A DNA stretch of 16,039 bases from a virus (taxonomy: Duplodnaviria > Heunggongvirae > Uroviricota > Caudoviricetes): the IMG/VR virus record IMGVR_UViG_2681813230_000004; one strand, given 5' to 3'. Of this stretch, positions 1 to 7,563 are shown piece after piece. The notes under the pieces were generated by a model, which saw only the letters and a program-made list of their open reading frames with translations, was not told the DNA's origin and ran no database searches. The stretch's first letter is position 1, and each line of letters begins with the position of its first letter. The translations under genes were made by a program, and so were the position numbers.

Positions 1-210
1 ATGACGGATGGCTGGCCGCTGTATGAATCCCGCCTGAAGGGAAAGCTGCACGTTATCAGCAAGCGTTACACTCAGCGCATTGAGCGACATAATCTGAATC
101 TGAGACAACATCTGGCAAGGCTGGGACGGAAGTTACTGTCGTTCTCAAAATCGGTGGAGCTGCATGACAAAGTCATCGGGCATTATCTGAACATAAAACA
201 CTATCAGTAA
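1..210 (+). CDS. insB: IS1 transposase InsB, C-terminal fragment (5' truncated by window edge)
   Basis: The 69-aa translation matches the InsB C-terminal region as I recall it. Confidence 0.85.
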   Translation: MTDGWPLYESRLKGKLHVISKRYTQRIERHNLNLRQHLARLGRKLLSFSKSVELHDKVIGHYLNIKHYQ

Positions 211-225
211 GTTGGAGTCATTACC
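1..225 (+). mobile_element. IS1 right end (partial; the window starts inside the element)
   Basis: ORF 1..210 matches the C-terminus of IS1 InsB (...[15 protein letters not shown]). The sequence ATCAGTAAGTTGGAGTCATTACC at 203..225 matches the 23-bp IS1 terminal inverted repeat from memory with one mismatch, and the insB stop lies inside it, as in IS1. Confidence 0.85.
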
Positions 226-279
226 GATTTTGGGGAGTAATATTTTGGTAAGGCTTCAAGGTTCATGCTCGTTCTCCAC

Positions 280-1329
280 TTACGCCAGTACGCCAATTGC
301 CAGCGCGCGATCGATAAAACGAAATATCAGCTCCAGTTGGGAGCCATACTTATCTTCAAATGCCACTGTATCCGTATGCAGCTCGTTGTGATGCTTTCTG
401 CACAAAGGCAACACAAAGAGATCATGTGCTTTTGTTCCCATTCCGCCCTGCCCGTGACCAATCAGATGATGCGGATCGTCGGCTGGCATACCGCAGCAAA
501 CACACGGCTGTGTCTTAACCCAACGTGTGTATTTCTCCTTAACCCAGCGGCGACGTTTAGGCAGCTTCATGAAAGATTCCGGAGACTCTGGATCAACGGT
601 GATGCTTACCACCGTCTTTTCCTGTGGTGATTTTTGTTGCTGGTGGGCGTAAGGCAACGGTGCAAGATTTTTTGTGCGTTGTTTCAATATGCTGGTGGCG
701 GTCTGCTCTCCCGGTACGATGTCGCTTTCGCGGTACACCGAGCAGATTTTTTCCGCTGGTAATCCCAGCGAACGACGCGATACAGCCTCAGGTAGTGCAT
801 CCACCACCTGATTGCAGACCGCCCACCAGGATAATTCAGCCAAAGATAATTCCCGCTCCTGCGTACCGCTTATTGCGTGACGGATGACGTCAATCACCCA
901 TGCTGTCAGATTTTGTTGAGCAAGCAGCTCCAGTGATTCCGATGTCTGGTCACGCAGTTGGTTGTCGCAGTGCCAGCACAACACCATTGCGCCGGTACCA
1001 TAACGGTGAATGACTGTTTCAGTGTGATGGTAATCGCCATTAGGCCACTGGCAGGATGTAACATGACGTAATAGCCAGTCGGACAATGCGCCAACGCCGC
1101 CAGCAGCACGAATCACCCGTTCGTTACTAAAAAACGGCAGCAATGTTTTGTCTTCCGCCAGCGGCTGGCGAACGGCAGGAACGACTCCGGATGGCAGATT
1201 ACGCATGCTTTTTGGTTCCGGTTCCACCAGCACTCGAGGATTATGAAATATCTGTATGGATTCACGGCCCGGCTTAAGGACCACCAGCCCAAGCTCAGGC
1301 ACCAGAACAGGTCTAAGTAATACCCGCAC
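280..1329 (-). CDS. ydfU: YdfU-like prophage protein with C-terminal DUF968/HNH-like Cys-His motif
   Basis: Long minus-strand ORF. The C-terminal segment CVCCGMPADDPHHLIGHGQGG...LPLCRKHHNELH is a Cys/His HNH-like motif (DUF968/Ref-like). Start placed at GTG 1329 (GGAGG 4 nt upstream, about 349 aa, the length I recall for K-12 YdfU); the ORF track's extended start at 1368 or ATG 1206 are alternatives. Confidence 0.6.
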   Translation of the reverse strand: MRVLLRPVLVPELGLVVLKPGRESIQIFHNPRVLVEPEPKSMRNLPSGVVPAVRQPLAEDKTLLPFFSNERVIRAAGGVGALSDWLLRHVTSCQWPNGDYHHTETVIHRYGTGAMVLCWHCDNQLRDQTSESLELLAQQNLTAWVIDVIRHAISGTQERELSLAELSWWAVCNQVVDALPEAVSRRSLGLPAEKICSVYRESDIVPGEQTATSILKQRTKNLAPLPYAHQQQKSPQEKTVVSITVDPESPESFMKLPKRRRWVKEKYTRWVKTQPCVCCGMPADDPHHLIGHGQGGMGTKAHDLFVLPLCRKHHNELHTDTVAFEDKYGSQLELIFRFIDRALAIGVLA

Positions 1330-1330
1330 G

Positions 1331-1609
1331 TTACCTCCAGATCCGTTGCTGGAAAGTGCGGGACGCACGTGGTGGGCGTTCGGAATAAGGCAGCCTGACA
1401 GAGATTATCCAGTGCCGATAGTCGAGACTGAGAGCTTTCTTAACCTCGAACCCGCGCCTGCGGTAAGAATGAATCAGCCATTCGGCCTGTTCTGCAGTGC
1501 ATGGAGGGTGCTGGAACCATTCAGACTTGAATGCGTGAGAATACCGCCCGTGCGTGCAGGCAAGAACGGGCGAATTATCAGAATTGTAATATTTTGCGTT
1601 GCGTGCCAT
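1331..1609 (-). CDS. hypothetical 92-aa protein
   Basis: ORF with GGAG about 8 nt upstream of its ATG. Its stop lies 1 nt before the ydfU GTG, suggesting coupling. No family recognised. Confidence 0.35.
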   Translation of the reverse strand: MARNAKYYNSDNSPVLACTHGRYSHAFKSEWFQHPPCTAEQAEWLIHSYRRRGFEVKKALSLDYRHWIISVRLPYSERPPRASRTFQQRIWR

Positions 1610-1675
1610 CGGTTTTCTCCGGTGGCACGGTGTTACTCAGCGGGAGTTCAGCCCCGCGCAAGATTGTAGATGAGT

Positions 1676-1927
1676 TTATTCTCCTGAAAAAGCAGAAAAG
1701 CCAGCTTTTATTCCGATCTCTTTCAATGCCTGTAATGAAGTGACAAACTCACCTTCGCGCAAGATAAATCCGTCCGTGACCCGAGCATCCACAAAATTAA
1801 TTAACGCAGCCCCATTCTTTCGCAAACACATAATGCGGTAATGACTAACAAGATTTCCATTTTCAACGCACACAGCATAGAGGCCATCTTCACAAAAAAT
1901 TTTACGCAGTTCTTCGATGTTCATCAT
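1676..1927 (-). CDS. rem: Rem (Qin prophage small protein, 83 aa)
   Basis: 83-aa ORF in the position of rem between ydfU and hokD; length matches K-12 Rem. Confidence 0.7.
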   Translation of the reverse strand: MMNIEELRKIFCEDGLYAVCVENGNLVSHYRIMCLRKNGAALINFVDARVTDGFILREGEFVTSLQALKEIGIKAGFSAFSGE

Positions 1928-2042
1928 CAGAATCCTTCCGGATAATTAGCTCTCCCCTTTAAGGGACCATCCCTCTTATCCCTGCGCGCTACTTAAGTAT
2001 TTTTGATTCTATTCCGGCACCGTCCAGAACTTCAAACGCGTT

Positions 2043-2076
2043 GAAAATAAAAACAAAAACCCGCCGAAGCGGGTTA
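2043..2076 (-). terminator. Rho-independent terminator of the relB-relE-hokD operon
   Basis: On the minus strand, an AACCCGC-TTCG-GCGGGTT hairpin (2058..2075) is followed by a T-rich tract (TTTTTGTTTTTATTTTC), about 70 nt downstream of the hokD stop. Confidence 0.6.
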
Positions 2077-2143
2077 AGTGCGGGTGCGTTGAGGATGCCT
2101 GCCACATCAGAGGTGGCGAGGGATTTCTCCCCCGCCGGGTCTC

Positions 2144-2299
2144 TTACTCCTCAGGTTCGTAAGCTGTGAAGACAGCGACCTCCGTCTGGCCGGTTCGGAT
2201 TCGTACCTCGCAGAGGTCTTTCCTCGTTACCAGTGCCGTCACTATGACGGTTAAACAGATGACGATCAGGGCGATTAACATCGCCTTTTGCTGCTTCAT
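2144..2299 (-). CDS. hokD: HokD (RelF) type I toxin, 51 aa
   Basis: Hand translation of the reverse complement gives MKQQKAMLIALIVICLTVIVTALVTRKDLCEVRIRTGQTEVAVFTAYEPEE, a Hok-family sequence. Below the ORF-track size cut-off. Confidence 0.85.
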   Translation of the reverse strand: MKQQKAMLIALIVICLTVIVTALVTRKDLCEVRIRTGQTEVAVFTAYEPEE

Positions 2300-2370
2300 A
2301 GCCTGCTTCTCCTGTCAACGCAAAGCAGAAGTGTCACCTTCGGTGCGAAACAGAGATGTCATGCTTTGGT

Positions 2371-2658
2371 TCAGAGAATGCGTTTGACCGCCTCGCTATA
2401 TACTTCCGAGCGTTCTCTTTTCCCAACAGAAATCACGAAAACGACAACTTTCTCGTCTATAACCTGGTATACAAGGCGATAGCCTGAAGACCGGAGCTTA
2501 ATCTTGTAACAATCAGGCATACCACGGAGCTTGTTTGCTTCAATCCGGGGTGACTCAAGTACTTCAACCAGCTTCTTTTTCAACTGTTCACGTACCGTCG
2601 AGCCCAGCTTTCGCCATTCCTTTAGTGCCCGCTCGTCAAAATCCAGAAAATACGCCAT
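2371..2658 (-). CDS. relE: RelE mRNA-interferase toxin (95 aa)
   Basis: Translation MAYFLDFDERALKEWRKLGSTVREQ...VISVGKRERSEVYSEAVKRIL matches RelE. Confidence 0.9.
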   Translation of the reverse strand: MAYFLDFDERALKEWRKLGSTVREQLKKKLVEVLESPRIEANKLRGMPDCYKIKLRSSGYRLVYQVIDEKVVVFVISVGKRERSEVYSEAVKRIL

Positions 2659-2897
2659 CAGAGTTCATCCAGCGTCACACGTACTGGCTTAGGATTACGA
2701 AGCCGTTCTTTCACTATCTCCACAAGTTCAGCATCTTCATCACTCAGGAGTGTCTGTTTGAACGGCAAGCGTTCATTGTCAGCGATATACTCGAGCATGA
2801 GACGAAGCGCTTCAGAAGGAGTTACACCCATTTTTTCAAGCGCGGCGTAAGAACGCGCTTTAAGTTCATCGTCAATACGCAGGTTAATGCTACCCAT
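2658..2897 (-). CDS. relB: RelB antitoxin (79 aa)
   Basis: Translation MGSINLRIDDELKARSYA...PKPVRVTLDEL matches RelB. Its stop overlaps the relE start by 1 nt. Confidence 0.9.
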   Translation of the reverse strand: MGSINLRIDDELKARSYAALEKMGVTPSEALRLMLEYIADNERLPFKQTLLSDEDAELVEIVKERLRNPKPVRVTLDEL

Positions 2898-2908
2898 GTC
2901 TTACACCT

Positions 2909-2934
2909 CTTGTAATTACAAATGTCATTACAAG
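2909..2934 (-). promoter_or_regulatory. relBE operator/promoter region (relO-like dyad repeats)
   Basis: CTTGTAATTACAAATGTCATTACAAG lies immediately upstream of relB and contains repeated TTGTAAT/ATTACAA half-sites. RelB/RelE autoregulation at such a site is established. Confidence 0.55.
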
Positions 2935-3227
2935 TATCGCACTACAACATGCTTAGGGCAAGTCACGAAGGAAGTCAGAAAGTAGTCGTAAGAACGGTGA
3001 TCACTGTCCGCTTTGTGCCAGGAGCAGCCATTGCTAAGTCCATCCTGTATTGTGCAGGTCAGCTCGTTTTTAAAGAGTCCGGCCATCATCTTACTGGTAC
3101 AGACACCATATACTTTGTGACGGTCAGGCTACATATGCACAACTCAACTTATTCATCTATTTTTTGCTTTAGCATGTCAGTGTTGCTTTCTCGTCGGCGG
3201 GTGAGCGGTGACCTGACCTGTCGATAA
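2922..3227 (+). CDS. ydfV: YdfV-like hypothetical protein (101 aa)
   Basis: 101-aa ORF between relB and flxA, the position and length of K-12 ydfV. Its start codon lies inside the relO dyad, so coding status is uncertain. Confidence 0.35.
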   Translation: MSLQVSHYNMLRASHEGSQKVVVRTVITVRFVPGAAIAKSILYCAGQLVFKESGHHLTGTDTIYFVTVRLHMHNSTYSSIFCFSMSVLLSRRRVSGDLTCR

Positions 3228-3379
3228 AGGAACGTAGCACGTTTTATGCAACACCCGCATGCGGCAGAAAATTATTGCCGAACGTTTACCCCTGTCAACA
3301 AGCTTTACTTTCTGAGGCGCGCCAGCCCGCGAGGAAAACAATCTGAACATCAAACAATTAATGACACAAGAAATACGAT

Positions 3380-3406
3380 TAAAGATTTTTTTGTGCATGC
3401 CGATAG
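3380..3406 (+). promoter_or_regulatory. sigma-28 (FliA)-type promoter of flxA
   Basis: TAAA (3380..3383), a 15-nt spacer, then GCCGATAG (3399..3406), against the consensus TAAA-N15-GCCGATAA. It sits about 24 nt upstream of the flxA ATG, which is preceded by AGGAG. Confidence 0.6.
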
Positions 3407-3429
3407 TGCTTTTTTAAAAGGAGAAATCT

Positions 3430-3762
3430 ATGTCTGTCACAATTCAGGGAAATACCTCAACCGTTATTTCAAACAACTCCGCCCCGGAAGGAACATCAGA
3501 AATAGCCAAAATCACAAGACAAATTCAGGTGCTGACTGAAAAGCTTGGGAAAATCTCATCGGAAGAGGGGATGACGACACAGCAGAAAAAAGAAATGGCT
3601 GCATTGGTACAGAAGCAAATTGAAAGCCTCAGGGCTCAACTGGAGCAGTTGTTAAGGCAGCAGGCAGAGAAAAAGAATAAAGACGCGACAGTTCAGCCTG
3701 ATAAAAAAGAAGAGAAAAAAGACGATACAAATACCGCTGGCACCATTGATATTTACGTCTAA
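3430..3762 (+). CDS. flxA: FlxA (FliA-regulated prophage protein, 110 aa)
   Basis: Translation MSVTIQGNTSTVISNNSAPEGTSEIAKITRQIQ...GTIDIYV matches FlxA. Confidence 0.85.
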   Translation: MSVTIQGNTSTVISNNSAPEGTSEIAKITRQIQVLTEKLGKISSEEGMTTQQKKEMAALVQKQIESLRAQLEQLLRQQAEKKNKDATVQPDKKEEKKDDTNTAGTIDIYV

Positions 3763-3776
3763 GTGACAGCCGTATT

Positions 3777-3799
3777 GTGGCCCTCATCGGGCCACTTTT
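3777..3799 (+). terminator. Rho-independent terminator after flxA
   Basis: GTGGCCC-TCATC-GGGCCAC hairpin followed by TTTT, starting 15 nt after the flxA stop. Confidence 0.6.
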
Positions 3800-4198
3800 C
3801 GCCATCAGCCTTTTCTTTAAAGACATATTATCTTTGTATCATTTCTGATAGTTAACATTACAAGATATAAGTAATGGACGCACTCCCAATTAGTCTATTT
3901 AAATCGCCACGAGTTTAACTGACAACCCATGATCAATTATGAATTGCAACTATTTCTGTAGTCACTTTTGTGGGGACAGTCCACAAAACTGCCAACTTCC
4001 GCTTCTTGCTCTTAGCGGACATTAGCATAGGCTATTTACCATAACGCCTCATTACGCGCACCGCCCAGACTGACTCAGCGCGTTTCTGGCATATCCCCGG
4101 TAAAACAAGTAACAAACCACCCGAAAATGAACACCAGAAACGCGACTTAAGAATCTACCCTATGAATGGATATGCACTCAACCGAATCGATCTTGGTT

Positions 4199-5540
4199 TC
4201 AATCTTTTTTATCGGGATCAGGCTTCTTTTTAGGTAACTTCGGGGGCTTAACTTGCTGATGACTTTGCGTTCGGCGCGTAAGCCAGGGATGGTCAGCTTT
4301 AGGTTTAACATAGTATTTTGAGCGTAAATCAATACGGGCATTATCCACTCGTTCATGGACACTCTTTTCATCATCCAGTGGTATAGGCTCCGGGCCATCA
4401 ACATACTTTTCCCAGCCCAGCGCTTTCCCGTCATACAGAACGTTAATTTCACCGTCAAAGTTCTCGCATACAGTAACAACCGAATGCCTAAGTCGATATC
4501 CCCGGCCCTCACTGCGTACCTGAAACGCACTGCTTTTGTACTGGAAAGTGAGATTTTTAGACAGAACGCGCTTCGCCTGTAGGCTGAAGATATAACCCAG
4601 TTCCTCTTCAGAATGGTGCACATCAAGATGAGCATTATCAGTAGTACGAGGCGACGTAGCGAACCGGTTGTTATAGGCTTCAATAAAGGTCGGCAACCAT
4701 GCATTTGCTGTTTCAATATCACTGATATTCTGAAGCCGCATTTCTTTGACCAGCCTGTCCTGTAGTGTCTGATTGGCGCGCTCTACCCGCCCTTTTGCCT
4801 GCGGGCTGTTGGCATGGATTGGCTCGATGCCCAGTGTCTTTATCGCACGAGTGAACTGGGTCAGCTCACCTTCCCGCTCTGGGTTATTTACCCTGAATAT
4901 ACTGTGTCTATCAGAGTAGAGAGCGAGCGGTACGCCATGATCATTAAGGTAACCCCGGAGGGTTTCCATGTAAGCCCGGGTTGTTTCAGCAGGCACAAAA
5001 CGCAACGCCATCAACGCACTGGTGGCATCATCAATGAAAACGATCAGTGTACATCTGGGGCCTCGATTTTCAAACCAGTCATGAGGTGAGCCATCAATCT
5101 GGATCAGTTCACCGTAAGATGGTCGTCGCATGCGGCGTTGATATATACGGGCAATTTTACGACGGCGTTCACGCCATACCCCCCTCTTCTATCATCCACT
5201 TTCTGAGAGTTTCAACGGATAAAGATAAACCGTGTATCTCGCGCAATTTTTCGCACGCAAACGTAGGTCCAAAATCAGCGTAACGGCCTTTGAGGAGTGA
5301 AATTACTGTTGCTCTGAATTCAGTAGAAAAGGAATTATTAGGACGCTTTCCACGTCGGTGGGAAACCAGACCAGAAGGCCCTTCATTTCTATACCGTTGC
5401 ACCAGACGTTTAACCTGCCGAATAGAAATGCCAATGCGTGCCGCAGCTTGTTCCTGAGTAATATGTCGATTAATTGACTCCTGAATAATCTGAAGTCGGT
5501 GGAGTTCCTTATGACTCATCGTAACAGTTTCTTTGGTCAT
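4199..5540 (-). pseudogene. rve (DDE integrase-core) transposase-like gene, IS481-like, split into a 123-aa HTH part (5169..5540) and a 310-aa catalytic part (4199..5131)
   Basis: The N-terminal ORF has an HTH-like segment (ITQEQAAARIGISIRQVKRLVQRY). The C-terminal ORF has integrase-core signatures (LYSDRHSIF; PQAKGRVERANQTLQDRL). Both are on the minus strand in frames offset by +1, and the offset sits at a G6 run (plus-strand C6 at 5179..5184). Removing one G would give a single ORF of about 440 aa. Confidence 0.65.
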
Positions 5541-5874
5541 GAAAAATCCCCCAGAGAATTGTCTGGGGACATTTTAGAATGGTTCAAAGGGGACATTACA
5601 GCTTGGTGTTAACAATAGCCTGCTTCTCCTTGCCTTTCGGCACGTAAGAGGCTAACCTACATGTGTCTGGCATGAAATTGGCCTCAGATTAATGTTAAGC
5701 GTCTTGCAGGACGCGTAATGTTAACTGGGGCTTTTCTCTACCTGCCGTTGGTGTTCGTGCCCGAGGCAGATAGCCTCAAGCACCCGCAGTCATTCTACTT
5801 AACTAAGATTTCCCCGCAAACCGTTTTTGTCCAGCACAGTAAATATCCAACTAAACCAATGGAGTTCGCTGTAT

Positions 5875-6054
5875 TTACCGCCAGTATTCAATGCACATGA
5901 CCGCCATGAACACCCCTAAAAAAAGGGCATTTATATATCCAAATATTAATATCAAAACATCAACTTTTTCCATATACCTTGCTGTGAAGATGATGGGCAT
6001 ACATGATGCGAACAACCAGAACGCAACAAACAAAAACTGCAATGCGTTTTTCAT
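5875..6054 (-). CDS. hypothetical small membrane protein (59 aa, two predicted hydrophobic helices)
   Basis: ATG at 6054 is preceded by a perfect AGGAGG 4 nt upstream. Translation MKNALQFLFVAFWLFASCMPIIFTARYMEKVDVLILIFGYINALFLGVFMAVMCIEYWR is strongly hydrophobic. It lies in a visibly AT-rich stretch. Confidence 0.4.
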   Translation of the reverse strand: MKNALQFLFVAFWLFASCMPIIFTARYMEKVDVLILIFGYINALFLGVFMAVMCIEYWR

Positions 6055-7206
6055 TATTCCTCCTACAATCAATGTGCAATTACATTTAAACACACCTCAA
6101 TTTGGCCGGACATATAAATATCTAAACCAGAAAAAATCACTTACATAGCGTTACAAACTCTTTAGTCTAAAGGTTCATCGTAAAACATTCCCCATACTTA
6201 TCAGTCCGTTCCGCGCCAGGTAGCTCATTGCCTTATCTGGCAACCTGTAATCAGGTTTCCGCTTTTTCAGTTGGCTGGTCGTTTAACCGACATAGTTAAC
6301 CCATTAATCTAGTTGCCGGATGTTGGTGGATTTTCGCGTTTTAGTTGTTCATAAAAGTGCACAGCTTTAACCAATTCTTCTGATGTAACCGGGACTGGTG
6401 AGGCAGTGAATAAGGCCTGAATTTGATAGTTCGGCCTGTCGTTACAATCCTCTTTTTTCGGTACATATTTCCAGTCACCAGACCACTACTTCCCCTGAAA
6501 GTCCGTAACGCCTTTTTTCACGTAGCGATATCGCCATGTCACTGGTTTTGCTTGCCCCGCCGTTTCATGCCCTTCCTGATAATTAATCTCGCTCATTCAT
6601 CGCCCCACTCATCACAATATGCTTCGACCGGAGTTTTTCCCGCTTCATAGTCATCACGCTAGGATTCGACATCAGCAGCACTTCCACCGCGTAACTCACC
6701 ATAGTCCATTAATAGTTCATCCCGCTCTTCAAAACTGATGTTATATTTAGCTGAACAAAAATCAGCCACTTTGTTCTTCCTCATCGTCTTTTATTTCGTG
6801 GTATGAGTAATTGCAGTAGTTAAAGAAAATTTCTTATGCTCCGTCATGAATTTCATCAGGTGTTGCGTCATCGTCCACTTCGAATACATCCTCAAAATCT
6901 CCACCAGCTATTCCCGTTTCAATAATAATTTTGAACTTTCGCATTTCACTACCGCCCTTTCGGGCGGCCTCCTGATGTTCTGAGGGTGCAGAAATCCATC
7001 CGGTTAAGGATTAAGTTTTATTTACAGAACTGAATTTAATTATTCAGATATACGTATCTGTAACCTTACGAATCTACTCACTGGATGCCTCTTTCATAAA
7101 AATAATCCAGTGGGTTTTATCGTTTTTTCCCTGTTCGTTGACAGATAACAGGCTTTCTATCTGTCAGTGCCAGAATCTGGCTTACCGGTATTTGCGTTTC
7201 ATTCCA

Positions 7207-7563
7207 TTAAAAAATCAGAACGCCGTGCGGCCTCAACACCCGAAAAGCTTCTTTAAATCTCTGTCGCAAATCATCACGCCAGGCATCTTTATTCAGCCGT
7301 CCATATTTCTTTCCCATCCAGGCGTTATCACCAACACGCTCAAGATGCGGAGGGTCTAATACAACCATCGAAAAAGATGCGTCTGCAAATGATAATGCAC
7401 GAAAATCTGCGATAATGTCAGGGCTGATAATCAAGCGTCTCCCATTGCGTAATGTGTATCCTTCTTTTCTGATATCGCTAAATATCGCCCGTTCGTCAGA
7501 CTTATCGAACCAGAACATGCGGCTGCCACAGCACATATCAAGAATGGTTGCCGGTGCACTCAC
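7207..7563 (-). CDS. SAM-dependent methyltransferase core, probably a remnant (118 aa)
   Basis: Motif I-like ILDMCCGS near the N-terminus and an amino-MTase motif IV-like VVLDPPH about 60 aa later. Too short for a complete Rossmann-fold MTase. GTG start; an in-frame stop lies 6 codons upstream. Confidence 0.45.
   Translation of the reverse strand: MSAPATILDMCCGSRMFWFDKSDERAIFSDIRKEGYTLRNGRRLIISPDIIADFRALSFADASFSMVVLDPPHLERVGDNAWMGKKYGRLNKDAWRDDLRQRFKEAFRVLRPHGVLIF

Noticed and set aside
280-1368. Extended 362-aa start for ydfU and extended 339-aa start (9042) for the replication gene
   Set aside because: The extended starts overlap upstream genes by 38 and 74 nt. Internal starts at 1329 (GTG with GGAGG) and 8988 (ATG) remove the overlaps.
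1256-1743. Plus-strand ORFs 1256..1669 and 1531..1743
   Set aside because: They are antisense overlaps of ydfU, the 92-aa ORF and rem, and have no independent support.
3965-3989. Hairpin TTTTGTGG-N7-CCACAAAA as a terminator or IS end
   Set aside because: No T-tract follows on either strand and no matching inverted copy was found near 5540..5720.
4147-4722. 191-aa minus-strand ORF overlapping the transposase catalytic ORF
   Set aside because: It is an alternative frame entirely inside the rve coding region.
5129-5186. Programmed ribosomal frameshift joining the two transposase ORFs
   Set aside because: The required shift is +1 at a G6 run with no A-rich slippery heptamer. Known IS frameshift sites are -1, so a mutation or homopolymer error is more plausible.
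4085-5673. 8-bp direct repeat TCTGGCAT (4085..4092 and 5666..5673) flanking the rve gene, as a possible target-site duplication
   Set aside because: A single 8-mer match between two flanks of about 150 bp each is expected by chance at appreciable frequency, and the sequences just inside the repeats are not inverted repeats of each other.
7045-7166. LexA (SOS) box among the CAGATA dyads
   Set aside because: The LexA consensus is CTGT-N8-ACAG. Here the half-sites are in the opposite order (ACAG...CTGT) or have the wrong spacing.
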